A stretch of DNA of 64,000 bases from contig OX597814.1 in assembly GCA_951406725.2 (NCBI GenBank), positions 201,748,001 to 201,812,000 on the forward strand. The letters are read 5' to 3'. The notes beneath the pieces were generated by a model. It was not told the DNA's origin. It saw only the letters and a program-made list of their open reading frames with translations, and ran no database searches. This stretch comes from Octopus vulgaris. Taxonomy: Eukaryota. Below are positions 12,196-26,658 of this stretch, piece after piece; the stretch's first letter is position 1, and every line of letters starts with the position of its first letter. Position numbers and translations under genes: made by a program.

Positions 12196-12480
12196 AATAT
12201 AATATGTGACAATTATTCGGTAGCCAAGATAAAACTCTGAGTTTCGGATGCTGAGGTGGAAATCCACACCACCATCTCTTCAATTATCCGGCCATCGGAA
12301 AAACTTTTTTTTTCCGATGGCCGGATAACTGAAGAGATGGTGGTGTGGGATTTCCACCTCGACATCCGAAACTAGAGTTTTATCTTGGCTACCAAATAAT
12401 TGTCACATATATTTACAGATAAATTCCTCTATTTACATAATATCGAGGTCTCTTTCTTTTGTTATCTTACCGTTTTTACT
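12190..12480. mobile_element. Palindromic (TA)n-flanked element with a hammerhead-like motif in each arm
   Basis: Near-perfect IR at 12190-12420 centred near 12305. Plus strand 12323-12385: GGAUAA-CUGAAGA-GAUG..CAUCc-GAAAC-uaga-GUU|UUAUCU. Confidence 0.75.
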
Positions 12481-12502
12481 AATATATATATATATATATA
12501 TA

Positions 12503-12795
12503 TAACAAAGTTGTAAGGTACCACACGAGTGAAAATATATATGAAAGAAAGTTTGAAAATGCAATTTTAAAGATGCTTGTTCCCTTGACCGGTTTCACTT
12601 TTTTAGAAAAAGATCGTCAAAAGTAAAATGTAAAGCTTTGTATGAGCTTTGTAGTGTTAAGTACTGGTTATCACAAAAGTATTAAAATGCATATATACAT
12701 TCTTTGATAATAAGAAAATTTTAAAATCAGTTTACAAGAAAGTTTTTGCAAAAAATTATTAGAGGTTCAATAAAAATCATGTTTGTTTGGTAGTA
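12503..12795 (-). mobile_element. (TA)n-flanked element with a U3-variant hammerhead-like motif (12580-12628)
   Basis: Minus strand: uuacuu-UUGACGA-uCUUUUUcuaAAAAAGu-GAAA-CCGG-UC|aaggga. Homologous to 38683-39370. Confidence 0.6.
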
Positions 12796-13029
12796 TATAT
12801 ATATATATACACAGGAGATATAATTAAGAATTTACAAAAAATTGTCGAGGAATAACTGACCTTTCTGACATTTTCTCTTGTGTGTAGCTAAGGAATGTTT
12901 GCTATCTTAAGGGACAGTGTGGGAGGTTGGTTGGGGAGGAGGCAGAGCAATGTGGAATTAAAGGGATTTTTTAGTTTCTGTGCTAGTCTGTCATGGTTCA
13001 GTGGTTTTGGGGACTGGTCTTAGAGGTCA

Positions 13030-14380
<1,351 letters not shown>

Positions 14381-14929
14381 TATTGCATCTAATGGAAATG
14401 TTTCTTGTTCCATATCTTGCTCCTTATTTCTACTAATTTATCAACGATCAATACTAAATTTACAGTGTTACCACAAATATAACCATACAAATATACTACA
14501 TTAACACAAAAATTAATGCTTACACACTGGTAGCCAGCCTCAATTTATTTGCTTCCATTTTCAAGGAGCTTCAACAAGCATTCATCAACAAATATAATGT
14601 GATATTCCGAAAATAGAGATTATTTTGGGAAAATCTAAAATTGTATTCCGACCAAGCTAGATTGCTACAATACAGAACAGCAGTGAGTAAGTAGAAACCA
14701 AGAAATATGATTGTAATTTTCTGTAAACTTGTATTAAAGAACCAATAAATTTAATTGAAACCAACTTTTCTCTGTCATATCTTTAGTGGTAAGATACTTC
14801 TTCTGCGTGTGTGAGTGAATGTTTGGTTTTACGGTTCGGTTTTGAAAGAACTTGAATTTTGCTGAGGGTTTTTATGCAAAAATTTTTATGCAGATTGGGC
14901 CCCACAGAGGCAATGGACGAGGCCTTTGG

Positions 14930-15078
14930 TGTTACGGTTCTATAGTTAAGGGGTGAGGAATTATGTACACTATTTACATTATTTACATTTGACATACATA
15001 TGGTGCAGTGGTTAAGAGCATGGGCTACTAACCCCAAGATTAGAAGTTTGATTCCAGGCAATGACTTGAATAATAATA
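14930..15078. mobile_element. tRNA-head element: inverted tail joined to the tRNA-like head
   Basis: 14930-14993 is the reverse complement of the tail at 43895-43965, and 15000-15078 matches the head at 43673-43745. Confidence 0.65.
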
Positions 15079-15354
15079 CTCTTTACTCTTTTACTTGTTT
15101 CAGTCAATTGACTGTGGCCATGCTGGAGCTCTGCCTTTAGTGAAGTAAATCAACTCCAGGACTTATTCTTTGTAAGCCTAGTACTTATTCTATTTGTCTC
15201 TTTTGCTGAACCACTAAGTTACAGGGACGTAAACACACCAGCATCGGTTGTCAAGCGATGTTGAGGGGACAAACACAGACACACATATATATATCATCAT
15301 CATCATCGTTTAACACCCATTTTCCATGCTAGCATGGGTTGGAAAAATATATAT

Positions 15355-15762
15355 ATTTAATGTAGGATAAAATTTTTTTCGAAAAAAAACAAAATTTTAT
15401 CAATGGCCAGCATATTAACCTTTAAAGGTTAAAATTATAAACAACTTATAAATAAGGGCAAATATGCTAAATATGCCGAAATTGGACATATTGTCCATAA
15501 CCATATAATTTTTCACAATACGCATGCTAGTAAGTATCTCATTTATTTCTTTGCCACATTTATCACTGACGAATGGAGGGTTCTTATGAACTAACCCTGA
15601 AATTTGTCCGATATGGTATAATAATGGAATTTTTAAGAAATTTCTGTCGACCTTTTTTTGAGTAGCGTGCGTTTTGTAAAAAATTATATGTTTATGGACA
15701 ATATGTCCAATTTCGGCATATTTGGCATTAGAAATTTTTTCGTTTGCCCTTATTTATAAGTT

Positions 15763-15769
<7 letters not shown>
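15355..15769 (+). mobile_element. (TA)n-flanked foldback element with a degenerate hammerhead in the loop (15553-15617)
   Basis: IR arms at ~15436-15530 and ~15663-15769. Loop reads uauca-CUGACGA-auggAGGGUU..AACCCU-GAAA-uuug-UC|cgaua. Confidence 0.6.
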
Positions 15770-15816
<47 letters not shown>

Positions 15817-15817
15817 G

Positions 15818-15854
<37 letters not shown>

Positions 15855-17034
15855 TCCACTGCTTTCTCACAGACCATTCTCTCACTCCTATCATTTTGGC
15901 TCTCCACTCTCTTTCACCATTTTCTGATGAGGAAGAGGTGAGAAGAGACAAGGAAGCAAGGAAGAGGAAGTAGAGGATATCACCACCAGCACCACCACCA
16001 CCACCACCACCATCATCATCATTATCATTACCTACAATCACCAACGGTTGGATTGTGGGCATCTTTTCCAAAACTCTCTGGAGTTTTAAAGACAATTTAT
16101 GTCATTAAATTTTTCTATCCTTTCTGGCATTGCATCTGCATGTTTAGCCATGTGTGGTGTTGTGCTGCAGATTGCAGGAAGGTTGGTGCTTAGAAAGTTA
16201 CAATGTGGCAGAATGCTTGCCAAAAATGGAACACATGAGTGTGAGATATGACCTTCAAACCAGTAGAGAGGAACCAGTCCTGGGAGTGTGAAAGTGAAAG
16301 TAGAATGAACTCAATATGTATATACAAGGTGGCAAGCTGGAAGAACTGGTAGCAAGCTGGGCAAAATGTTTTGCAGCATTTCGTCCATCTTTACATTCTG
16401 AGTTCAAATTCCACCAAGGTCAACTTTGCTTTTTATCCTTTTTGGGGTTGACAAAATAATGAGAAGCTTACTTTCAAAACCAGTATAAGTGCATATTTGG
16501 TTGATTTTATGATAACCATTAAAACACAATCTGCAAACTGCTGGCTTCACACATGTGAAATGTTTCTTAGTCAAATTGGAATAGATGCTGTAGTAATTTC
16601 ATTTAGGCATAGAGTAGATTCAAACCTGAATTGGCAAATTTCCCAAAATATTTCAACAGCACTTTTCTCACAGAAAAATAATGATTGACAGCAGTTACAT
16701 TTAACATATGGCTTTGCTAAGCCAATTTATGTCTTTGCCACTTGACCCTTCTAACCTTTCGTATGCAGTGGAGAGTTGAATTGAGATAATAGTTCAACTC
16801 CCAAAGAATATCTTTTGTTCTCTGCAATATATCTGTTTTTCTAGCTAGTTTTGTATAGTTATAAATGCTGAACCTCCGTAAGCCAAAGTTAGTTAGTGAG
16901 AACCGACTAACAGGGAAGCTGATTGACTGGCTGAACAAAAGACCATCTCTGAATGAAAAGGCTCAGAGGGACAACTATGGTAAATCACCAACGAAACAGC
17001 TGTTTTGTCCCACCACTCTCACTTCTTCTAGCTC

Positions 17035-17370
17035 ACTTTCCTAGTTGTGATACCTGTGCCGGTGGCACGTAAAAAGCACCATCCGAATGTGGCCGATGCC
17101 AGTACTGCCTTGACTGGCTTCTGTGCCGGTGGCATGTAAAAAGCACCAACCGATCATGGCTGCTGCCAGCCTCCCCTGACACCTGTGCAGGTGGCACGTA
17201 AAAAGCACCCACTACACTTATGGAGTGGTTGGCATTAGGAAGAGCATCCAACTGTAGAAACACTGCCAGATCAGACTGGAGCTTGGTGCAGCCTCCTGGC
17301 TTCCCAGACCCCGGTCGAACCATCCAACCCGTGCTAGCATGGAAAACGGACGTTAAACGATGATGATGAT
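17035..17370 (+). mobile_element. RTE-like LINE 3' UTR
   Basis: Repeated ggtggcacgtaaaaagcacc motifs and a terminal gttaaacgatgatgatgat. Confidence 0.7.
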
Positions 17371-17511
17371 CACTCTATCTTTTTCCCTGCTGCTAGAATG
17401 ACAAGAACACAAACACACCTAAACGAGAAAAATCTACACTATCTCTTGCATACTCTATGAATTATATTATACCAGCCCCCGTCGTGGTTTAGTTATATTC
17501 AAAGTAATGGT

Positions 17512-17918
17512 AGGAGTGGCTTTGTGGTAAGTAGCTTGCTTACAAACCACATAGTTCCAGGTTCAGTCCCACTGCGTGGCACCTTGGGCAAGTGTCTTCT
17601 GCTATAGCCTCGGGCCGACCAAAGCCTTGTAAGTGGATTTGGTAGACGGAAACTGAAAGAAGCCCGTCGTATATATGTATATGTATGTGTGCGTGTATGT
17701 GTATGTGTTTGTGTGTCTGTGTTTGTCCTCCCAATACCACTTGACAACTGATGCTGGTGTGCTTACGTCCCCGTAACTTAGTGGTTTGACAAAAGAGACC
17801 GATAGAATAAGTTCTAGGCTTACAAAGAATAACCCCTGGGGTCGATTTGCTCGACTAAAAGGCAGTGCTCCTGCATGACTGCAGTCAAATGACTGAAACA
17901 AGTAAAGGAGTAAAAGAG
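17512..17918 (+). mobile_element. CORE-type SINE
   Basis: Homologous to 4527-4925. More copies at 19318-19745, 33372-33650, 36970-37795, 38267-38665, 43978-44365 (-) and 52640-52843. Confidence 0.8.
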
Positions 17919-18314
17919 TATTTGTGTTCAACTTTGATCACTGATCTTCTTTCATCTTGCATATCTGCAACATCAACATCAGTTACAATTGATAACTGCC
18001 GACCTCCAACAATCATCATAATACATACCATTACAATTGGTCATTGCCAACTCCAATATATATCATTACACTTAACGTTGCAATGCCATATAGACAGGAG
18101 GTGAATCTTTGTCTTTTAATCAAAACCAGATATATTCAAGTTGTTTTAAGCAATTACTCAAAAGTCATTCTGATGCATAGATCTGGTTTTAGAGGAAAGC
18201 TCTGTTATATAAGCAAGATAAATTAGATGAGCATGTGTAATTGATGAAGTGACAGATGTGTTAGCAAGAGGAAGTGTGTATAATATGAGTATGTATAGAT
18301 ATGGTGACAGTCTA

Positions 18315-18866
18315 GTTTGTTGTTTGTTCCTTCTCGAGCCATGCCTGGCTCATAAGGGCTGGTTTCCCAGTTTCTTTGGCATATAGGTTCCCCACTTGGA
18401 CGGGACGCCAGTCCATCGCAGGTGAGCTGCAAGATGCAGGAGGAAAGAGTGAGAGAAAGTTGTGGTGAAAGAATCGAAGTTCGCCATTACCTTCTGCCAG
18501 AGCCGGGTGGAGTTTAGGTGTTTCACACAGAAACACACACATCGCCCGGTCTGAGATTCGAACCCGCGATCCTTCAACCGCGAGTCCGCTGCTCTAACCA
18601 CTAGGCCATGTGCCTCCACTAAAATAAATGTGCCCTTTTAAAGCCTAGCCAGGCTCATGGGCCCAGTTTCCATGGTGTATGTGTTCCTCAGCTGGACGGG
18701 ATGCCAGTCCATTGCAGCGTTACTCATTTTTGCCAGCTGAGTGGACTGGAGCAACGTGAAATGAAATGTTTTGCTCAAGAACACAACTCATCGCCCGGTC
18801 CAGGAATCGAAACCACAATCTTATGATCATGAGTTCAACACCCTAAGCACTAAGCCACGTGCCTCT
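18315..18866 (-). mobile_element. Two adjacent tRNA-derived SINEs
   Basis: Heads tggcctagtggttagagc...gggttcgaatctc and tggcttagtgcttagg...ggtttcgattcc, with a shared gatggactggcgtcccgtcca tail. Relatives at 24255-24545, 52190-52520 and 56035-56410. Confidence 0.8.
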
Positions 18867-18929
18867 ATTGTGACAGTCTAGACCAGTGTTTCTCAACATT
18901 TTCACCCTTTTGTAACCCCTAACATAAAT

Positions 18930-19295
18930 TACTAGGTTGAGGAACAAAAGTTCGGGCACCATTTTAAAATAATGATTTTTATGCAAGAATTTATTCAAAA
19001 ACAACAACAGCTATTCTTCAAAATAAAGACCATCATTTTCCACGACCTTCTGCCAACGATCTGCAAGTTTTTGGATTTAGTCAAAGTACCAATCCTTTGG
19101 CTTTGAATCGAAAAATTCTTGACAGGCTTCTTCAACTTCATCGAATGACACAAATCGGTGACCTTTCATAAAGTGCTGCATTGATTGACAGAGACTGTAG
19201 TTAGATGGACCAACATCTGAACTATATGCTGGATGTGGCAGAACTTCCACACCATCCAGTTCTTCAATCTTGTTGCTGGTCTTTCTGGCAGTATC
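18930..19295 (-). mobile_element. Mariner transposase C-terminal relic with 3' TIR
   Basis: Minus 19295-19011 translates EVLPHPAYSSDVGPSNYSL...LADRWQKVVENDGLYFEE* with one internal stop. The TIR-like end finishes in TA at 18930. Confidence 0.85.
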
Positions 19296-19483
19296 AATAA
19301 ATTTTCATAATTTTCATAGGCGCAGGAGTGGCTGTGTGGTAAGTAGCTTGCTAACCAACCACATAGTTCCAGGTTCAGTCCCACTGCATGGCACCTTGGG
19401 CAAGTGTCTTCTACTATAGTCTGAGGCCGACCAAAGCCTTGTGAGTGGATTTGGTAGACGGAAACTGAAAGAAGCCCATTGTA

Positions 19484-19561
<78 letters not shown>

Positions 19562-20425
19562 TTTGTGTGTGTGTGTGTGTGTGTCCCAACATCGCTTGGC
19601 ATCAATGCTGGTGTGTTTACATCCCATAACTTAGTAGTTTGACATAAGAGACTGGTAGAATAAGTCCTGGGGTTGATTTGCTCGACTAAAGTCAGTGCCC
19701 CAGCATGGCCACAGTCAAAGTGACTGAAACGAATAAAAGAATAATAGCCACATTGTTGTGAACACAACTCAATGGTCATCAAAAACACACACACAGTGAA
19801 TCACCATTGAACATGGCATAAACTGAATGAACACACACACCACAAAGATATATAAAAAAGCATTACTTTAACATGGTGCATGAACTTTTTACAGAGTTTA
19901 TAGGATGCTTTTAACATGGTGCCAACATGGGTGTTTCCCATGTGGCACCAGCACCGGTGCTTTTAACATGCCCCCAGCATGGGCGTTTTTGACATGGCAC
20001 CAGTTCCAGCACTTTTAATGCGGCACCAGCAGATACATTAGAAATCTTGCTTGAACTATTTCACTGATTTGCGATGAAAAGTGCAAATATTTTAGAAATT
20101 TAATGAGCAAAAACGAAAGAAAAAATTAGCTAAAGTAAAAAAAAAAGGAAATGAAACAAAATAAAATAAAAGATTAAATTAGGCGGAAAACTGTTAGAAT
20201 TGAACTAATATTAAGGATTTAGATGGCATCAGTTCTGACGATGATAGGGAAGTCGAATTGAATTAGCACAGTTGGTGATGATGATGGCAATGTGTATGGA
20301 GGAGAGGAAAGGGCAGTTCTTTTGTGATGGTATCTTGGATGAAAAAGAAAAGAAAAATTAAATCGTAAAAGTAAAAAAACAACAGCATAAAAAGCGAAAA
20401 TAAAAGATAACATATATAAATATAA

Positions 20426-20465
<40 letters not shown>

Positions 20466-20590
20466 TGAAGGGTGAAATTAATTAATTTGGAAAAATTATC
20501 AATTACACCAAGTAGTCTTCGGTATGTGGTCTTATTGCTTATGTATATATATATATATATATATATGTCATTAAAAAGCAAAAATAAAAG

Positions 20591-20703
<113 letters not shown>

Positions 20704-21741
20704 TATATGTCATTAAAAAGCAAAATTAAATGATATATACATATATATACATATATATATACATATATATATACATATATATATATACACATATATATAT
20801 ATGTATGTATGTATGTATATATATATATGTGTGTCATTAACGAATACAATCAAATAAGAGAGGTCTTTGTAATTCTATAATAAATAATCGTTTTAAACAT
20901 CTTCTTTAACGCAAATTTATGCCACATCTGATGACTCAGTTTGATTAGGAAGACAAAAGTTTGACGAAGCAGCAGAGGTTTATTGCAGACACAGAGGGGG
21001 GTAGAAGTGGGGGTAAGTGGGGCAGGAAGGATTACTCTTTTGTATGGGAATCATTAAAACAATACAAGTGATTAGGAAGGATGGCTGCGTTGGTGGTGGT
21101 GGTGGTGGTGGTAGGGGTGGTGGTGGTGGTGGTAGCAGTAGTAGTGGTGGTGTTAGTGGTGGTCTTGGTGGTGGTGGTGGTAGTAGTAGTAGTGGTGGTG
21201 TTAGTGATGGTGTTGGTGGTGGTGGTGGTGTTGGTGTTGTTGTTGGTGGTGGTGTTGTTGCTGTTGTTGTTGTTGGCAGTGGTGGTGGTGGTGACGATGG
21301 TGGTGGTGGTGGTGTTGTTGTTGGCAGTGGTGGTGGTGACCGTGGTGGTTGGTGGTGGTGATGACAGAGGTGGTGGTGGGTGGTGGGGTGAATGATGGTG
21401 ATGGGGAGGTGGCACCATCATCACTGTCGTCGTCGCCATCATCATCGTCATCATTATCATCATCATCATCATCATCATCAACAGCACCATTCTTGTCAAC
21501 ATTGTTGTTATTATCATTATCATCATCATCTCCATCACCCCCTAACGCCTACTAACCCTTGCCATCACCACCATCATTATCATCATCATTATTGTTCTTG
21601 ATATCAACATCACCATCAGCCTGATGCCCAATAACCACCAACACCACCACCACCACCACCACCACCACCACCACCATCACCGCCACCACCACCAACAACA
21701 ACCACCCATGATCATCATCATTATTACCACCACTGTCATTC

Positions 21742-21774
<33 letters not shown>

Positions 21775-22051
21775 ACCTTATCTACATATTTATTCACAAG
21801 AGAGCTCTTCTTCATAGTGTCAAGGAGAGAGAAAAGTGATGGAGATAAGTGAGTTAGAGAAGCGAGAGAGGAGAGGATGACATAGTAACGATGAGCTAAC
21901 AGAGTGCTGAATTCCAATGATACCAAAATTCTTCAACATTCACTTTTCTGTGCTTGCAGGGAGCAGGCAGGCTTTGTTGAGGCAGAATTTCCTGTGGTCA
22001 GATGTCTTCCAGTTACCAACTCTCACCTGTTCCAAGCAAACCGATGGCTGG

Positions 22052-22102
<51 letters not shown>

Positions 22103-22132
22103 TACGTGTATATATATATACATATATATATA

Positions 22133-22336
22133 TAAAGGGAAAGTTTACAAAAATAAGCAAAGGACGAAGGCAGGTGGAGTGCAAACAAACAAATGTATTA
22201 GTATTGTGTTCAGGAATAGAAAATATCTTTTACGTTTCGAGCCTATGCTCTTCGACAGAAAGATACACAGAAAAAAACAAGGAGAGAAACAAGGAGAGAA
22301 AAAAATGCGTGTAGTAGCTAACGATCTATCATGGCA
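22133..22336 (-). mobile_element. Element with an A6U-variant minimal hammerhead (22224-22265)
   Basis: Minus strand: UAUCUUU-CUGUCGA-a-GAGCauagGCUC-GAAAC-GUA|AAAGAUA, with a perfect 7-bp stem I. Starts at (TA)n. Confidence 0.65.
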
Positions 22337-22505
22337 TCCTGACTTCAGACATGTGTGTGTGTATCATCATCATCATCATCATTTAACGTCTGTCATCCAT
22401 TCTGGTATGGGTTAGAGGGTTTGACCATGGCTGATTTGGCATGGTTACCATGGCTGGATGCCCTTCCTAATGCCAACCACTCCAAGAGTCTAACGACTGC
22501 TTTTA

Positions 22506-22543
<38 letters not shown>

Positions 22544-22571
22544 TATTTATTTATTTATACATACATATATA

Positions 22572-23540
22572 TAAAGATGCTAATAAAAATAATTTTAAAA
22601 GGTGAAAATCAACAAAAGTCAATTAGATTTAGACACCGTGTACATATTAGGCTGATACTCAGTGAAAGTTTTAGATGGAAAAATAGGAGTGGAAATGATG
22701 TTTAAAGCATAGCTCTTCATCAGATAGGGGAAAAGGGCCAGAGAGGAGTGAAAAGAGGAAGGAGAAGAGAGTCTAGAGAAAAGCAAATGCATCATTACTT
22801 GGCCAAAAGGCCATAGTTAATTTCTCAGGTGAGCGCTCAACTTAGGCCCCAATTCATACAGGCCTTATCACAAACATATTATGAAAGGCTCTCAAATATC
22901 AACACAGACCTCTGTCACTTACCTATATAGTCTCTAAAAAATCTTGTAAAGGATGTCAGTCAGAAGATTTTAGATGTTTCTGACACAATATCCCTTTATT
23001 ACAAGGCTGGCAGGTTTAAGGATGACATCACCTACAGACACCCACAAAAGGAAGTGCCATCATAAAGCCCTTTGGTTTGCTGTCCCTTCTCATTTGATGT
23101 GAAGGCCTACATGGGAAGGGTCTGCCTTAGATTAAAAGATAAACTTTCACACTGTTCCATAGGTAAAGGAGATTATTCAATAGATATAACTTAAAGGTCA
23201 TGTTCAGCTGTATTAGTGAATGCCCTTAAACCTTGTACGGATGCAAGTCATTTGCGAAGGATTAGCAGTGAGCACCCACTGAATGGTCGATGTAATGCTG
23301 AAGCTGTGGTCTTTGGGGCAGAGATAATGTTATTCAACAGCAGTAACAACAACAGCAACAGAGGGACACACACACAGAACTATGTAGAAGTAATGGTGGG
23401 CCCCTTTAAGGCCAGGTTAAATAATCACAGATTATCTTTTAGGATCCAAGAGAGGTGCAACATTACAACATCAGCCAACTGTATATGGTGATTAAAAGAA
23501 GAAGGAGCACCATACACAATCAAGTGGAACAACTTAGACT
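22572..23540 (+). mobile_element. Penelope-like element relic (GIY-YIG endonuclease) with an inverted hammerhead relic upstream
   Basis: 23270-23535 translates HPLNGRCNAEAVVF...NYVEVMVGPFKARLNNHRLSF...CIW*LKEEGAPYTIKW. Minus 22695-22725 reads CUGAUGA-a-GAGCuauGCUu-uaaac (decayed). Confidence 0.75.
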
Positions 23541-24600
23541 ATATGCATATGCAGGTGTGTGTGTGTGCATGTGTGCGTGTGTGCGTGTGTGTGAGTAATG
23601 TTTCCCCTTTAACTAATTTTAATTAATATTTCTGGATTGCGTCTTTTACCTTTTCTGACCAGAATTAATTAGTCACTTGTATAATTGTAAAAATATTTAA
23701 TTAATTAATTAAAAATTTTCACCTGTTTTTTTCTTTTCTCAAGTATATTCACACACCATTTGCTATTAAGTTTTCTCACAGCAAACATCTGCAGGGATTT
23801 CCTCCTGGTCCTTCTGAAATAAACATAAAGTCTCTTTCACACACAATTCTCACACCTTTATTTACACAGCAAATAAATGAAGGCAATTTATTCTATTCTA
23901 CTCTAGGCACAAGACCCAAAATTTTTGGGGAGGTGGGGCCAGTCAATTAGATCAACCCTAGTATTCAACTGGTGCTTAATTTATCGACTCTGAAAGGAAG
24001 AAAGGCAAAGTCGACCTCAGCGGAATTTGAACCCATAACATATGGAGACAATTTATTGATTTAATTTTTCTACCAGCAATTATTAGTTTGTTTTCTTTTT
24101 GTTATTTTTTTTTGTTATATTTTAGCAAAACCATGTCATTCACATTATATTTCTTCTGTAGTCTCTGTCTTTTAAAAGACTTATATCAACCAAGTGCAGT
24201 GTTACCTGGTATGAAAAAGACCACCTGTGCTGGCATCATGTATAAAGCACCTCTGTTGCTGTTTGTTCCTTCTCAAGCCATACTTGACTCATAAGGGCCA
24301 GTTTCCCAGTTTCATTGGCATATAGGTTCCCCACCTGGATGGCATGCTGGTCCGTCGCAGGTGAGCTGCTAGATGCAGGAGGAAAGAGTGAGAGAAAGTT
24401 GTGGTGAAAGAGTCAGCAGAAGTTCGCCATTCCCTTCTGCCGGGGCCACGCGGAGCTTAGGTGTTTCACTTATAACCACACACATTGCCTGGTCTGAGAT
24501 TCGAACCCATGATCCCTCAACCGCAAGTCTGCCACCGGGCCATGTGTCTCCATGTATGTATGTATGTATGTATGTATGTATGTATGTATGTATGTATGTA

Positions 24601-24698
<98 letters not shown>

Positions 24699-25271
24699 GC
24701 GAGCTGGCAGAGACATTAGCACACCGGGCAAAGTGCTTCGCGGTATTTTGCCCGTCACTAAATTCTGAGTTTAAATTTCACCAAGGTCAACTTTGCCTTT
24801 CATCCTTTCAGGGTCGATAAATTAAGTACCAGTTAAGCAGTGGGATCGATGTAATCGACTTAATCCGTTTGTCTGTCCTTGTTTGTCCCCTCTATGTTTA
24901 GCCCCTTGTGGGTAATAAAGCAACATATATATATATATGTACACGCACACACATGTGCACATATATGTATATATATATGTATATTATAGAAGAAGATGGA
25001 GAAAAATTTAGAAGAGCTAAGTGTTTTGAAAGTTCATCTCTGATACAACCATATTTCCGATAGCTTAGACAAGATTCTGCTGGAAGCAGACCAAGCCACG
25101 TCTGACTAAACAGCATCACCTGATTAATGATTGTTATAATTGAAGTTGATTTTCATTGCTCAATCAAGCAATTTGCATATATATAACTTGTGCAAGATCT
25201 CAAATAATCTTTCATAGTATGTTAGCTTAGACACTATGACACGTACCATCAGCAACCTCCACCGTGTCTCT

Positions 25272-25302
<31 letters not shown>

Positions 25303-26274
25303 CCACCACCATCACCACTACCACAACCACCACTGCCACGCGACCACCACCACCTCCACCACCATCACCACCACCAAGACCAGTAGTACCACCTTCACAA
25401 ACAACCACCACTACCTCATCCATTACCATCAAGGCTACTGCAACAACCACTGTCACCAATACCACCACCACTACCACCGCCACTACCATTATCAGTAAAT
25501 TCTTCACTACTACCGCCTTCACCATCACCGTCACCACCACCACCACAGCCACCACCATCCCCACCAATCTCAAACTGTTACCACAACATCACCACTACCA
25601 CCACCATTGTTACCGCTACTATCCTCCACCGAGAGACGAAGTAAGGGAGGGGAAGATGGCGAGAAGGAGAGAAAGAGAGAAAGGGAGAGAAAGGGAGAGA
25701 AAGTGGTAGGAAGGGAGAAACATAAAAAAAAGAAGACAATTTCTTTTTCGGTTTTGATTCATTGAAATGTTGGCAGACAAAAATATTGATAGATAAATAC
25801 AAAATGGGAGTGTGGGTGGGTGGTGGGGGAGGAGAATTGAAGAGATCAATTTGATGGGTATTTTTAATGCACCAAAGAATTTTGCGGAAAGATTGCAGTA
25901 TTCTGGTAACTTTGAAACCAATCTATCATTTGAGATTCTTTTTTTTTCTTTTGTGGAAGAGTTCAATCAGTACAGTCGACAGAAGGAGAGAAGGTTAAGA
26001 CGTTTTGGACGTTGGTCCTTCATCAACATCAGTTTTGATGGTAATGTTGGTGTTGATGGTGTTACTAGTAGTGGTGGTGGTGGTTGTGGCCATTGTTGCT
26101 GTGGCTCTGGTATATCTGATTCTAGTAGTGGTAGTGGTAATGGTAGTAGTGGTGGTGGCGGCAGCGATATTGTTGGTGGTAGTTGTGTTCATGACCTTGA
26201 TGATATTATTGGTGATGGTGTTGGCAGTGGTGTGGTTGTTATAACCACCACCACCAAAACCACCCCCACCATTT

Positions 26275-26305
<31 letters not shown>

Positions 26306-26418
26306 CCTTTTGATATGATGACCACATCCTCCTCCTCTTCTTCCTTATCATCACACTGACCACTTTAAGTTTTCATTATTGAATTGATATAAGGTGTTTT
26401 GTTTTTCTAATTTATACA

Positions 26419-26462
<44 letters not shown>

Positions 26463-26658
26463 GGGGGGGTGTTTATGTATCTATGGTTGTGTGTTATGAA
26501 CACAGCACTGAACTATTAGACTGTGGTGGTGGGAAGTACTGATGATGGGAGTTTAATGCTTATAATGATGATGGGGTCAGTTGGCAACCAATCACATATT
26601 TCCTTTCATGTGGGCATGAGCAGAAAACATCGCTTTTGCAATTAAGGTAGGTGCCTGG

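Noticed and set aside
14400-14930. Possible host exon in unique sequence (gtgagtaagt near 14683). Unique tracts at 36450-36900, 49200-49830 and 53820-55080 were also inspected.
   Set aside because: No convincing open frame with paired splice sites and no recognisable protein. Short exons cannot be excluded without RNA-seq.
15924-15945. Isolated CTGATGA words (also ~20928 + and ~48832 -)
   Set aside because: There is no properly placed GAAA, stem III or stem I, so they are not counted as hammerheads.
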